In this document: positions 20,501 through 29,911 of the stretch, in pieces
How positions within the stretch are numbered: position 1 is the stretch's first letter
Layout of the letters: each line of letters begins with the position of its first letter
Source of the DNA: Candidatus Omnitrophota bacterium
Lineage (GTDB): Bacteria; Omnitrophota; Gorgyraeia; Zapsychrales; JAHFFX01
DNA length: 64,000 bases
Assembly: GCA_023247705.1 (NCBI GenBank)
Contig: JAHFFY010000002.1
Location: 38,251-102,250, forward strand
Direction of reading: 5' to 3'
The notes under the pieces: generated by a model
Databases searched by the model: none
Seen by the model: the letters and a program-made list of their open reading frames with translations, nothing else
What the model was told of the DNA's origin: nothing
Position numbers and translations under genes: made by a program

Positions 20501-20891
20501 CAGCGCCGTGTATCTGGACTTTGACCGAGACGGGGATTTGGATATGATTTTTAATAACACCAACGCCCCGGCGGTTTTTTATCAAAACAATACCGGTGGC
20601 AAAAACGGAAACCATTGGCTTGCGGTCAAATTGATCGGTGCCCCGCAGAAAAAGACCAACCGCGACGCGATCGGTGCGCGCTTGATCGCGAAGACTCCCT
20701 CGGGAAATCATATCTGGCGGGAAGTGCGCGGCGGAACAGGTTATCTGTCGATGGATCCGAAACAGCAGTATTTTGGTCTGGGGAAAGATACACAGATGGA
20801 TTTGAAAATTGATTGGCCCAACGGTGAGATCCAGAACGTGAAAGGTCTCAAGGCGGATCAGTTTTATACGATCAAACAAGGCGTTCAATAA
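17520..20891 (+). CDS. Large secreted FG-GAP/VCBS beta-propeller protein with a C-terminal ASPIC/UnbV domain.
   Basis: Signal peptide. Repeated 'D.DGD/N.D...' Ca-binding FG-GAP blades, for example 'DINNDGYPDILLVGGG' and 'DFDNDGWQDILI'. The C-terminal 'GTGYLSMDPKQQYFGLG' is UnbV-like. The N-terminal ~500 aa have unknown function. Confidence 0.75.
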   Translation: MKRFLILLVLNLSLCSSTVFIWAEESGPGVLSAAHNETESASAETILQTIQDLESARDPKCYATATRLENMIYGIPLKDEARFKKIDLQKALIRRVWQNASSAVKAKGVAGARVSKEDLQLVVQKILYYSRTKDEDFIVEIPSQEPRIIKKLRFSQYTSVAYALRAIFAVQQDELLLNDHDELVPLDQDAIAFLKEVVDVYTMIALDLASFEARRVDQRLISAELITKVWKSISWLNPPDAQPNSPQRSVVLSDRVLKNQSAILQELIDRKITAFAAYNNTVPLEQKDNLLFKMMSESYARAPFPKEENARWAIKEMLEKILIQFAMDVLLKSQEIAQDRRHPLVTAQDAYTASQAIAPHVVDDHETVIFFPNLHQEDKIVLANYDSDSFRDFGTHWQVLKDVFQKDQDIRIKTNLDPFATEIVTEAIAQYGVLVLRVAGNSVNRESKLKRGALVVTPRDLEQGKKSIDASVKLNAQTKAALVEPEKIISAPGEYNPLEIKEPFFSDITRKVKINFEHRLSDWFVQWINAPDEKGHDRVLINSGGVAAEDINNDGYPDILLVGGGGNQLLINDGKGHFINKTKQAGINFVREDGSKGEPRQPIIADFDNDGWQDILITYVDDQHRLYRNIDGVHFEDLSAKINLGGKGMIGGPVTVFDFDQDGLLDIYIGYYGRELAPERRSALAAYLYQKKKKGLGAARSQRKTSGALGIGDPAQPKTSSDLFNTGSSADLPIGPTLNLDNKNAAPNALLRNLGGFNFKDVAKGSGAENHRWTTAAAHTDIDGDGKQDIVVSNDFGKKTILLNKGDGRFKDEADALGITETYHSMNVGIADLNHDDFPDIYFSNINSMLKNAKYTFPNAGTPLDTTPGNIAKMIYNETSTLYLSKVKDGKLLTYVLCDDFKKGADDLGWAWDADFFDFDNDGDDDLYVLNGYNDYAQRKNLQLSHNAVVMSVLTKVHPLLEENRDYKIFFVNQDGQMVNFSDESGAKLKGYSSSAVYLDFDRDGDLDMIFNNTNAPAVFYQNNTGGKNGNHWLAVKLIGAPQKKTNRDAIGARLIAKTPSGNHIWREVRGGTGYLSMDPKQQYFGLGKDTQMDLKIDWPNGEIQNVKGLKADQFYTIKQGVQ

Positions 20892-20904
20892 ATTCGTCAG
20901 AACG

Positions 20905-21714
20905 ATGACTGCAAAAATACGGACATTTATTTTTATTTTTTTTGGGATCGGTCAACCGTTGTTTGCCGGCATGATCTATCAGAATTTTGAACCGAACAAT
21001 GGAACTCCCGCAAGTTATTCTGAACCGATCGGGTCTCCGCCGCAATATGGCTGGCAGTTTAATGGAACGGTAGTCGGCTTGTCTCAGGAAGGGGATCCGG
21101 TCTATTCCGGAAAATATTCCTGGCAATTGACGGTCCCAGCGGGAGAACATCTGGCCGGCGGTAGCGGGATCGCGGCCCAGGTGCAAACGTATAATATTAA
21201 TTTTGTTCCGCAATGCCACGACCGCTTGACGTTCTGGATCTGGTCGAATCCATCGAAAATCGGGGACCACACGGTGATGGTCAAATTTTTTGATCACGGC
21301 CGATATCACGCGGACGGGATCGGGATCTGGACGACCCAAAAGGCCCAATATCAGGAATGGACCCAATTGAGTTTAATGTTTAACCTTCTTCCTGTTGATT
21401 TTGATCTGGAACATGTCGATAAGATCGAATTTTTTAATTACTGGGACGGAACTTATTATTACGATGACATCGAGGTGAGATCCGATTTCCCTCCGGAAAA
21501 AGATTTAGAATGTTTGAAGAAAGAAGTTATAATTGTTTGTCCAGCGGACACAACCAGTCCAAGCCATGATGTGACTCTTAAATCAATTTTAGGCGTCTCC
21601 CAAGAATATGCTTCATGCGTGACGACGTTTGGTGAACATGGACAGATCGCGGTGGATTATCTTCGCCAGAGAAATAATCGTAACGCGGCCTTTTCAAATA
21701 GCGAAAGAAAATAG
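20905..21714 (+). CDS. Secreted protein with a CBM4/9-like domain, paralogous to the C-terminal domain of 1850-2509.
   Basis: Signal peptide. Shares 'RLTFWIW' and '...YYYDDIEV' with 'KLTFWAK' and '...FYLDDIKYE' of the earlier ORF. Confidence 0.5.
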   Translation: MTAKIRTFIFIFFGIGQPLFAGMIYQNFEPNNGTPASYSEPIGSPPQYGWQFNGTVVGLSQEGDPVYSGKYSWQLTVPAGEHLAGGSGIAAQVQTYNINFVPQCHDRLTFWIWSNPSKIGDHTVMVKFFDHGRYHADGIGIWTTQKAQYQEWTQLSLMFNLLPVDFDLEHVDKIEFFNYWDGTYYYDDIEVRSDFPPEKDLECLKKEVIIVCPADTTSPSHDVTLKSILGVSQEYASCVTTFGEHGQIAVDYLRQRNNRNAAFSNSERK

Positions 21715-21722
21715 AGCCTTCC

Positions 21723-22322
21723 ATGGACGATTTCAATTTGATTCGAAACTGTATTGCGGGCGACAAGAAATCCTGGGATCAACTTGTCGAAAAGTTCGGC
21801 CGGCTGATTTATGACTCAATCATCAGGACTTTGCGGAAATTTGGCCGTCAGGTCAGACAGGAAGATCTGGAAGATTTACACCAAAACTTTTTTACGGATC
21901 TCCTGGATAACGATCATAAAGTTTTAAAGCAATTTGAAGGCAGGAACGGCTGTTCTCTGGCCAGTTATCTGCGCGTCATTGCCGTGCGCAAAACGATCGA
22001 TTATCTCAGGGCGCTCACACCCGTGGTCTCTTTAGATGAGGTCAGCGAGCAAGACGGATCGTTTGATTATCTTTTAAAAGATCTCATTGTTTTTAATACT
22101 CAAAAGGATATTGAACAAAAAGACGCGGTCACTTTGAACGCGATCCTCTTGCAGGAATTGAAAGAAGACGAACAACGCTTGTGTAAAATGATTTTTCTTG
22201 ATCAACGGAATCCCGATTGCATCGCGGAAGACATGGGGATTTCCATCGATCATTTTTACGTCAGAAAACAGCGCATGCTGCAAAAATTGCGCAAGATCGC
22301 GATCGCAAAAAGATTGGTTTAG
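21723..22322 (+). CDS. ECF-subfamily RNA polymerase sigma factor.
   Basis: Region 2 helices 'LVEKFGRLIYDSIIRTL'. C-terminal region 4 'YVRKQRMLQKLRKI'. About 199 aa. Confidence 0.75.
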   Translation: MDDFNLIRNCIAGDKKSWDQLVEKFGRLIYDSIIRTLRKFGRQVRQEDLEDLHQNFFTDLLDNDHKVLKQFEGRNGCSLASYLRVIAVRKTIDYLRALTPVVSLDEVSEQDGSFDYLLKDLIVFNTQKDIEQKDAVTLNAILLQELKEDEQRLCKMIFLDQRNPDCIAEDMGISIDHFYVRKQRMLQKLRKIAIAKRLV

Positions 22323-22366
22323 ATTCTGGGAGGCAGTCCGTCTATTAAATTAGAAAAGATTCTTTT

Positions 22367-23038
22367 ATGATAAACCGTAATTTATTAAAAAATAAAAATT
22401 GTTTAACCGACGAACAAATGGCCTGTTACCTGGAAGGCCTGTTGTCTCCCCGGGAGAAAACCCGACTTGATCAGCATTTGACCGCCTGCGCGTCATGTCA
22501 GGAAAATTTACAAATGCAAATGGCCGTCGCTGATCAGCAGCGGCTGGAAGGCGTGGGCCCTGTTTCGCAACAGATCATTGAACGAGCGCAGAATCTGGTC
22601 AGCGAGCGGTTCGGCTTGAATATGGTCGATGTGATCATAAACTTCAGCGGACAGATTTTTGAATCGCTTAAAACATCCGGAGAAATTATCCTCGGTCCGT
22701 CAACGCCCTTGACGTATAAACTCAGAAGCAAACCGCAAGAGAACGCGAAGATGTTGGTGGTCCATAAAAAAACGAAGGCCCTTCAGTTAACCATCGAGAT
22801 CGCCCGGGAAAAAAAAGATCTTAATACGGTGATTTTAAAAATGAAAGATAGTAAAAATATTCTCGCGCTGGACGGATTGAGAGTCTCTTTGCTGGAATGC
22901 AAAACGGAAATCGAATCTCATCCGACGCAAAAAGGGAAAGTCATCTTTCAAGGCATCCAACCCGGCCGATACACGATCCAGATCTTCAAGAAAGAAAAAC
23001 CGCTCATGGAAGTTTCCCTGCAGCTGATCCAACAATGA
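22367..23038 (+). CDS. Anti-sigma factor with a ZAS-type zinc motif.
   Basis: 'HLTACASCQENL' (HxxxCxxC) lies directly downstream of the ECF sigma gene. No obvious TM segment. Confidence 0.55.
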   Translation: MINRNLLKNKNCLTDEQMACYLEGLLSPREKTRLDQHLTACASCQENLQMQMAVADQQRLEGVGPVSQQIIERAQNLVSERFGLNMVDVIINFSGQIFESLKTSGEIILGPSTPLTYKLRSKPQENAKMLVVHKKTKALQLTIEIAREKKDLNTVILKMKDSKNILALDGLRVSLLECKTEIESHPTQKGKVIFQGIQPGRYTIQIFKKEKPLMEVSLQLIQQ

Positions 23039-25272
23039 CTCGGGTCTGTTTTATTCTAGAGGTTATCCGCAGGAAAGAAAAAATAGCGGCCCGGTTTTAT
23101 GAGAGCGGCGCCGCGAGTTTCCCTTATGAAGAGTTCGCGGTTTCTTTTCCCGGGATAGATCATCATTGCGATGAAATCATAACGCTTTTGAATCAGTCCA
23201 ACCAGATCGGATCATCGAATTCCACGCTATCCGCTCAGCTCAAACGGCTGGGCGCTTTTCTTTATGCCGAGATTTTGCCGCAAGCGATTAGGACTCAATT
23301 GAAAGAATGCAGGAATGAAAACCTGCTCATCCTGATCGACGAATATTTTATCAAAGTTCCGTGGGAATTACTCCATGACGGCGACGCTTTTTTGTGCCTG
23401 CGATTCAACCTGGGGCGCAGCGTCAAAATATCCGGGAACACCAACGCCCCCCAAGAAAGAGAATACACCTTTCCGTTAAAGATGCTGGTCATCGCCGACC
23501 CGACCGGAGATTTAAATTCCTCAAGGGAGGAAGCGAAAGCGATCCAGCAGGAGTTTGATCACAAAAACCGTTTGGTGCGCGTTTCCTGTAAAGTCAAAAA
23601 TGTCGCCATTGAATATGTTCAAAAGAACGTTCACGGATACGATCTTCTGCATTACGCGGGGCATACACATTATGATTTTGACCGTCCGTCCCAGAGCGGC
23701 TGGAAGATGTCCGATGGACTTTTGACGGCCCAGGAGATCGTGAAGCTGGGCAAGGTCCTGGCGTTTCCTTCATTTGTTTTTCTTAATTCCTGTCAGTCGG
23801 CCCACGCCAAAGAATGGAAGAGCGAGAAAGGCGGTGAAGATCCGCTGTTTGGATTGGTGAACGCGTTTTTATTGTGCGGGGTCAAACATTTCATCGGGCC
23901 GTTGTGGGAGATCCCGGACGAAGGGGGCCTGCGTTTCGCCAAGAAATTTTATCAGGAGATCTCCAAAGGACAGACCGTCGGCTGCGCGATCCGGCAGGCG
24001 AGACTGAAAGCGATCGAAGATTTCGGCACGGACAAGATGGTGTGGGCCAGCTATATTTTGTACGGCAATCCGTCTTTTTATTTGTGGCCTTCCCGGATCA
24101 AAACGATCGCGACCTGGGTTAAAAAAAGGATGACGCCTCCGGTGATCGCCGCGTTGTCGATATTGTGTGTTTTGATCGCAGGCGCTGGAATTTATTCGGT
24201 ATTAAAGGCCAGACTTCCTACGATGAATCCCCGGGCGTATCAGGAGTTAAAGAAAACAGACGTTTTGTTCGCGCGGGGCAATTTCACGGCCGCGGCGCAG
24301 TTTAGCCGCAACGCCCTGCGCTATGATCCTGGTTATGCCGACGCGTATCAGCGACTAGCGCAGGCACAGGTCCGCTTAGGCCAAACAGATCCAGCCATCG
24401 AAAATTTGGTCAAGGCCAGAAACATCCTCAAAGGAAAACATAGCCGGGCAAAACAATCGGCCCAAGTGAATACCGAGCTGGCGAAACTTTTTTTGGTCAA
24501 GGGACATTACTCCTCTGCCATAGATCGTCTGCATGACGTGCTTTCCTATGAGCGTTCTAAGAATAATCCGGAGCGACTCTACAAGGTGTACCACCTTCTG
24601 GGCGATAGCCACGCGACGGCGATGTCTTATGATGAGGCGATCCGGGATTATCAGATGGCCGCGAAGGCCGCTTCAGATTTAGGCAATAAAGATTACCGTC
24701 TTCATGTGAATTTATTATTGGCCGAGAGTTTTAAAGAAAAACTTTTTTTCGTTTTGCTCTTTGGTCAGGATCAATCCAAAGTAGCCGATGATCTCTATCG
24801 ATTGGAGAATCTGTATCGTCAGTTATTGAAAGAATCAGAAATAATGCAGGGTGATCATCAGCGCAGGATCAAGCTATTTGCTTTAAGCGGTTTGGCGCAG
24901 ATTGCTCAGATGAGCGGTAACCGGAAAGCCGCCATTCTCGGTTATGAGGAAAGTTTGTCGCTCCTGGAAAAATCGCAGGATCCGATGGCGCTCGTTTCCT
25001 GGGAAGGCCTTCATTGGTATATCGATTTGGCTAATTTTTATCTCGATGATTTGAATTTTGCCAAGATGATTGCCTCGCTTGAGCGGATCAAGCCGCAGCT
25101 GGTTTCGTTACGCGATGATAACGTATCAGGTTTTCAAAACGGTCTACCGGTCTTCAAGAAAAATCTGCAATTGGTTCTCGACCACCTGGAACAGAAGGGA
25201 TATCTGAATAGCGATTTTTATCGCAAGGTGGAACGGCTTGATCAGGAATTCATGAAGCTAATAAACCATTAA
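23035..25272 (+). CDS. CHAT-domain protease with one TM helix and a C-terminal TPR array.
   Basis: The ATG at 23035 overlaps the anti-sigma TGA as ATGA. Caspase-like His/Cys dyad context 'HYAGHTH...FLNSCQSA'. TM 'VIAALSILCVLIAGAGIY'. TPR repeats fill the C-terminal half. Confidence 0.7.
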   Translation: MTRVCFILEVIRRKEKIAARFYESGAASFPYEEFAVSFPGIDHHCDEIITLLNQSNQIGSSNSTLSAQLKRLGAFLYAEILPQAIRTQLKECRNENLLILIDEYFIKVPWELLHDGDAFLCLRFNLGRSVKISGNTNAPQEREYTFPLKMLVIADPTGDLNSSREEAKAIQQEFDHKNRLVRVSCKVKNVAIEYVQKNVHGYDLLHYAGHTHYDFDRPSQSGWKMSDGLLTAQEIVKLGKVLAFPSFVFLNSCQSAHAKEWKSEKGGEDPLFGLVNAFLLCGVKHFIGPLWEIPDEGGLRFAKKFYQEISKGQTVGCAIRQARLKAIEDFGTDKMVWASYILYGNPSFYLWPSRIKTIATWVKKRMTPPVIAALSILCVLIAGAGIYSVLKARLPTMNPRAYQELKKTDVLFARGNFTAAAQFSRNALRYDPGYADAYQRLAQAQVRLGQTDPAIENLVKARNILKGKHSRAKQSAQVNTELAKLFLVKGHYSSAIDRLHDVLSYERSKNNPERLYKVYHLLGDSHATAMSYDEAIRDYQMAAKAASDLGNKDYRLHVNLLLAESFKEKLFFVLLFGQDQSKVADDLYRLENLYRQLLKESEIMQGDHQRRIKLFALSGLAQIAQMSGNRKAAILGYEESLSLLEKSQDPMALVSWEGLHWYIDLANFYLDDLNFAKMIASLERIKPQLVSLRDDNVSGFQNGLPVFKKNLQLVLDHLEQKGYLNSDFYRKVERLDQEFMKLINH

Positions 25273-25971
25273 TCGTAGATTTTCATCCAACGGGCGTTGT
25301 GTGGAGGCGTTGTTGAGCATTTCCTCCGAGAGGAGCATGAGCTTCAGGCCGCGTTGATAGGTGTTCTTCAAATGTGCGATGGCGGTTTCCGGTTTCGGCA
25401 ATCCGATTTGCTGATAAATGCGGGACGAATACATCGCTTTTAAAGTTGTCTCCGGAGCCATTGAAACGGCTCGATGAAATTCCTGCCGGGCTTTCAGGTA
25501 TTGACCTTCTCTGAAATAAATAATCCCGAGATTATAATCCGCCCAGAAAAAGTTCGGATTGAACTGCCTGGCCCTTTCGAAGGAGAGGACCGCTTCCTTG
25601 GTTTGATTTTGCGCGTCATAACACAGCCCCAGCAAAGCATAGGCTTCCGACAGAGTCGGAAAATAAGTGGTGACCTTTTGATAGTATTCGAGATACTGCG
25701 GGGATAAATGGTTTTGAGACGGACTTTCGAGAAATTGTTTTAATTCAGCAAACGAGGGGATCTGATGGTTGAGGTTGTCGAGTTTGCATTTGCGGTCGAT
25801 CCGTTTTAGATCGACTTTCAGATTAGCCAACGAAAATGCGGATGGAAAACGTTTTTGGATCCGGTGAAAATCTTGAATCGCATTGAATAAGAAAAATAAA
25901 ATCAGCCCTGCGGTCAAAGCCGATTTTCCGAGGAGAATGGATGAGGAGGATATTTTCGCGGATAGTGACAT
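25258..25971 (-). CDS. TPR-repeat protein with an N-terminal membrane anchor.
   Basis: N-terminal TM, then TPR-like 'AYALLGLCYDAQNQTKEA...' units. Confidence 0.5.
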   Translation of the reverse strand: MSLSAKISSSSILLGKSALTAGLILFFLFNAIQDFHRIQKRFPSAFSLANLKVDLKRIDRKCKLDNLNHQIPSFAELKQFLESPSQNHLSPQYLEYYQKVTTYFPTLSEAYALLGLCYDAQNQTKEAVLSFERARQFNPNFFWADYNLGIIYFREGQYLKARQEFHRAVSMAPETTLKAMYSSRIYQQIGLPKPETAIAHLKNTYQRGLKLMLLSEEMLNNASTQRPLDENLRLMVY

Positions 25972-25981
25972 ATGATTTAAA

Positions 25982-27169
25982 TCAGTAATAGATGTTCCAG
26001 CTTAATAGGTCTTCCAATGTTTTTAAACTCCGCAGAAGGAGTAACCCTCCCAAGATGATCCCGACGTTGATCAGCATCCACCGGTTATGACGGAAGATGT
26101 TCACCAAATTAAACGACAAGATGCTCATGGTCATGATTCCGATCGGCGTCAGATAGATAAACGTCCGGCTGGGAAGTTCTCCCCATTCGGTGGTGGCCCG
26201 CATTTTAATAACGAGAATGAAAAACAACGTGCTGAGCAGCATCCATATCATGAAAAAAAGATAAAGCCGGATCGTCTGATATTTTTTGTCTTCCAGGATT
26301 GAACGGTACAGGTCTTCCCGGTAAAATTTGCAGAAGGCCATCAAGAGAAGATATCCCGCCAAAAAGAACAGATCCCGAAGTGAAATATGCGCCGAAACCA
26401 ACGACGGGATGTTTAAAACATCATAACGGACGATCGGGGCGCGAAAATAATAGTCAAGGCAAATGAGCGAGGGAATCAACGTGAGCCAGAGATAAAATTT
26501 TATTCTTCTCTCGCCATGGATCCAGATCAGAATTGAAATCAAAATAATCTGGGCCATGCTCATGATGCTGGTGAGTGATAACAGCAGATGAGTGAGTACA
26601 AGAAGTTGGAAAGCCTTCCTCGCGGTTTTTTCTTCGAAGGTGATCCTGAGGAACAGCAAACTTTGAACAACCGTCAGAAAGATCCATAACGTATAAGGCC
26701 GCGCCTCCACCCAGTAAGCCCAAATTATCGGGGAGGAAAGGGTGAGGAAGAGGGCGTACGCTCCCATGGCCAGTGAATAAAAACGGCTGAAGAAATAGAA
26801 AATCAACGCGATCGCGCAGGACATGAAAATATTCGAAGGGATGCGCAAGAGGTGTTGCGATCCGGGTTCGCTTAGAACCCATTCTCCCTGCCAGGTTATG
26901 GGGAACCGGTATTGGGACAAATCGCAAAGGGCTTTTTGAATCAGATAAAAGAACGGGGCGTTGTTGCCTTCTTTTTGCTTCGCCAGGATGAGGTCCTGAT
27001 AAGAGAGGATCTCAATCACCCGCGTTTGAGAATAAATTTCATCGTTCCATAACGGTTTATGCTGACTCAAAAACGAACCGACGGCAAGACAGATGAGCCA
27101 AACACTCAAGGTCAGAAAGAGAATCCAAACAGATCTTTGTCGTCGTATATTGTTGAATGCTTTATTCAT
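25982..27169 (-). CDS. GT-C-fold membrane glycosyltransferase (ArnT/PMT_2-like).
   Basis: About 11 TM helices. 'WNDEIYS' DE-motif in the first loop. Confidence 0.45.
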   Translation of the reverse strand: MNKAFNNIRRQRSVWILFLTLSVWLICLAVGSFLSQHKPLWNDEIYSQTRVIEILSYQDLILAKQKEGNNAPFFYLIQKALCDLSQYRFPITWQGEWVLSEPGSQHLLRIPSNIFMSCAIALIFYFFSRFYSLAMGAYALFLTLSSPIIWAYWVEARPYTLWIFLTVVQSLLFLRITFEEKTARKAFQLLVLTHLLLSLTSIMSMAQIILISILIWIHGERRIKFYLWLTLIPSLICLDYYFRAPIVRYDVLNIPSLVSAHISLRDLFFLAGYLLLMAFCKFYREDLYRSILEDKKYQTIRLYLFFMIWMLLSTLFFILVIKMRATTEWGELPSRTFIYLTPIGIMTMSILSFNLVNIFRHNRWMLINVGIILGGLLLLRSLKTLEDLLSWNIYY

Positions 27170-27374
27170 AGGTTATTATTTAATCTCAATGGATGATCCG
27201 GTGATCAGGCCATTCAGGAGATCGAGGGGATCAGATGCGTCTCTGATATCCGGATTTTCCAGTCTCCTCGTCCATTGATCCTCTAGGTTCCCGGATCACC
27301 GATCAATGTGTCGATAGAAATTTATTCTAACGACAATGGTGTTTTAATACAAGTACCCCGACAGTTTTGTTTTC

Positions 27375-29138
27375 GTGCTCATTTTTTTAAAAAGAAAATG
27401 TTGTTGTTTTAAAGTGTGTATGCTAAACTTTTTTTCACTTCCTGTTTTTCTTTCCGTTTTGTCTTCCAAACAAAAATTGGCTGTGGATCATTCTTCTAAA
27501 ATCCTATCCGTTCCGATGGGTACGCATCGCCCTCTTGCGTGGGTGACGGTCTGTTTTGGTTTCGGGGTGTGGATCAATCAATGCGTAAATTTGTCCTTTA
27601 AAGTTTTTGTTTCCTTGACCGTTCTATTGCTGATTTTGAGCGTCGCGACATTGAGGCGAAAAATTTTATCGGCCGTGCTGATCTTGACGGCGATGATTGG
27701 CCTGGGCGTTGTGTATGCCAAGGCCTATCAAACTTCAAACGATCAGGATATCCGGCAGATCGCCAAGTATTATTATAAAAAATCCATTCGGATCAAAGGC
27801 GTTATCATCTTGGATATTGAGAAGAAGAATTTCGGGAAAACTAATAAGATCACTTTCATTTTGGACGTTAAAAACTGCAAAACCAGATACGGATGGAAAA
27901 AGAGATCCGGAAAAATTTTAGTCAATCTCTACCGAGAATCAGAAATTCGTTATGGCGATGAGGTGATGCTGGAAGGAAAACTGCACAAACCGTTCGAGTT
28001 TGCTTCCGACCGGACGTTTTCTTACCGGGATTATCTTGCCCGCCGGGGGATCAGTTATATTTTGAGCGTTAAGAAAGACGGACTGATCGATATTCTTCAG
28101 CCTGACCAAGGCCTTTTGATTAAAAAAAGATCGCTGGATTTTAAACATCGATTAAATCAGATCCTGGAACGGAATTTATCAAAGGAAGAAGCGAGCATCA
28201 TGCAGGCGTTGATTCTCGGGGACCGTTATAACATTCCGAAGGATCTTTATGATCTTTTCAAGATTTCCGGGGTCGCGCATATTCTGGCGATCTCCGGATT
28301 TAATATCGGGATCGTTGCTTATGTTGTTTTTTTGATTTTAAGAATTTTTCCGATCCACCGTCATGGCCAGTCTGTTCTGACGATGTTGTTTCTGGTGTTC
28401 TACGCGTTTCTGACCGGAGGGGACCCGCCGGTTGTCCGCGCCACGATCATGGTCTTGGTTTTTCTGTCCGGATTTTTGATCGAACTGGAATCCGAACCGA
28501 TCAATACGTTATCGTTGGCTGCGTTGATCATTTTATTGATTAATCCCTTTAATCTTTTTGAGGTCGGATTCCAGTTGTCGTTTGTCAGCGTTTTATCGAT
28601 TATTATTTTTTATCCGAAATTCATGCGGCTATTTTTAAAACTAGTTCCCGGGGATATCCTTTCTTCAGATGACAGAGATCTCTCACAGCGACGAAAGAAA
28701 GTTACAAAATTGATTGGTCTGATCATGGAATACTTTCTGCAGTCCATGGCGGTTTCGCTGGCGGCTTATTTAGGCGTCGTTGTTTTGATCGCGTATTATT
28801 TCCATTTGATCACGCCGGTTGTTATCCTGGCCAATCTGGTGGTGATCCCCCTGGCTTCGCTGGCCGTTTTTCTGGGGCTGGGGATCTTGGGGGCGGGATG
28901 GGTCTGTCCGGGTGTGGCGTGGATGTTTGCCAACTGCATCAAGGTTTGCCTCAACCTGATGGTGGGGAGTGTTTTATTGTTTGTTCAGATTCCAGGCGCG
29001 TACTTTCAAGTGAACGCAATTTCGATATGGATCGTCATCGCCTATTACATTTGTATGGCGGCCATTTGTTGGATTATTCCATCGTTGAAATTCCCAAAAA
29101 CCGTGCCAGGGAAGGAGCTGCACGAGAAAATCTTTTAA
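27375..29138 (+). CDS. comEC: ComEC/Rec2 DNA-internalisation channel, lacking the C-terminal metallo-beta-lactamase domain.
   Basis: DUF4131-like N-terminal region plus the competence domain 'ISGVAHILAISGFNIGIV'. No HxHxDH region follows. The exact start is uncertain. Confidence 0.7.
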   Translation: MLIFLKRKCCCFKVCMLNFFSLPVFLSVLSSKQKLAVDHSSKILSVPMGTHRPLAWVTVCFGFGVWINQCVNLSFKVFVSLTVLLLILSVATLRRKILSAVLILTAMIGLGVVYAKAYQTSNDQDIRQIAKYYYKKSIRIKGVIILDIEKKNFGKTNKITFILDVKNCKTRYGWKKRSGKILVNLYRESEIRYGDEVMLEGKLHKPFEFASDRTFSYRDYLARRGISYILSVKKDGLIDILQPDQGLLIKKRSLDFKHRLNQILERNLSKEEASIMQALILGDRYNIPKDLYDLFKISGVAHILAISGFNIGIVAYVVFLILRIFPIHRHGQSVLTMLFLVFYAFLTGGDPPVVRATIMVLVFLSGFLIELESEPINTLSLAALIILLINPFNLFEVGFQLSFVSVLSIIIFYPKFMRLFLKLVPGDILSSDDRDLSQRRKKVTKLIGLIMEYFLQSMAVSLAAYLGVVVLIAYYFHLITPVVILANLVVIPLASLAVFLGLGILGAGWVCPGVAWMFANCIKVCLNLMVGSVLLFVQIPGAYFQVNAISIWIVIAYYICMAAICWIIPSLKFPKTVPGKELHEKIF

Positions 29139-29201
29139 AAATATTTTGAGCCGCACAGAATGTTCATGGTACAATTTTGCATTTAATAACGAGGGAGATC
29201 C

Positions 29202-29774
29202 ATGGCGGCCAAATTATTAATCTCGAAGGATTCAGCAGCTACCTTTCTGGAGACCACAAAGGCGTTATTCGTGAAAATGTGCAAGGCGAACTTTTCCGAA
29301 CCCCCAACCATGGTTCGAAAAGACATCCTGGAGTATAATGGCCGGATGCGCGTTTCGGGGATGGAAAAATTTAACGGCCCGACCTATATTTCTTTCATCA
29401 ATTTTTATAAGACGACCAAAGACATGCAGGATCATAAAGCCTGCGGGGCGGTGATCCTGTATATCGAAGATTACAGTGTGGACAAAATGTTAAAGGCTTT
29501 AGGTTTTTCCGGATTTGATGACGAAGACGAGAAAGCGGTCGCGGATATCTGCGGCCAGTTTTGCAGTATGATCGGAGATGCTTTCAGGAGTGACTTGCTT
29601 TCCAAGGGATTCATCGACTTAATCATATCGCCGCCTGCCAATTATCGTAATATTGTCCCTGCGGGGGTTGAATTTTCGTTTGATCAGTATGAGAAGCATG
29701 AGTTAAGCTTTTCTTTTTGGAACCAGAAAGTGGTGGTCGTAGATTTTTCGCTGTGTCCTGTCCCAGGGATTTGA
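29202..29774 (+). CDS. Hypothetical protein, weakly CheX/CheC-like.
   Basis: 'DEKAVADICGQFCSMIGDAF...ISPP' resembles the CheC-family E-x2-N...P element, but the Asn is not conserved. Confidence 0.3.
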   Translation: MAAKLLISKDSAATFLETTKALFVKMCKANFSEPPTMVRKDILEYNGRMRVSGMEKFNGPTYISFINFYKTTKDMQDHKACGAVILYIEDYSVDKMLKALGFSGFDDEDEKAVADICGQFCSMIGDAFRSDLLSKGFIDLIISPPANYRNIVPAGVEFSFDQYEKHELSFSFWNQKVVVVDFSLCPVPGI

Positions 29775-29911
29775 GTCTCATCACGCAAAGCGATATTTTT
29801 TTCCTTCCGGCCTTCCTAAAAAGGCTGATCGTCCGGACTCTGGGGATAGGAGAGCGGATAACAGGGGGCCTAAAATTGACAAAGCATATCAACTATGCTA
29901 CAGTGAACGGC

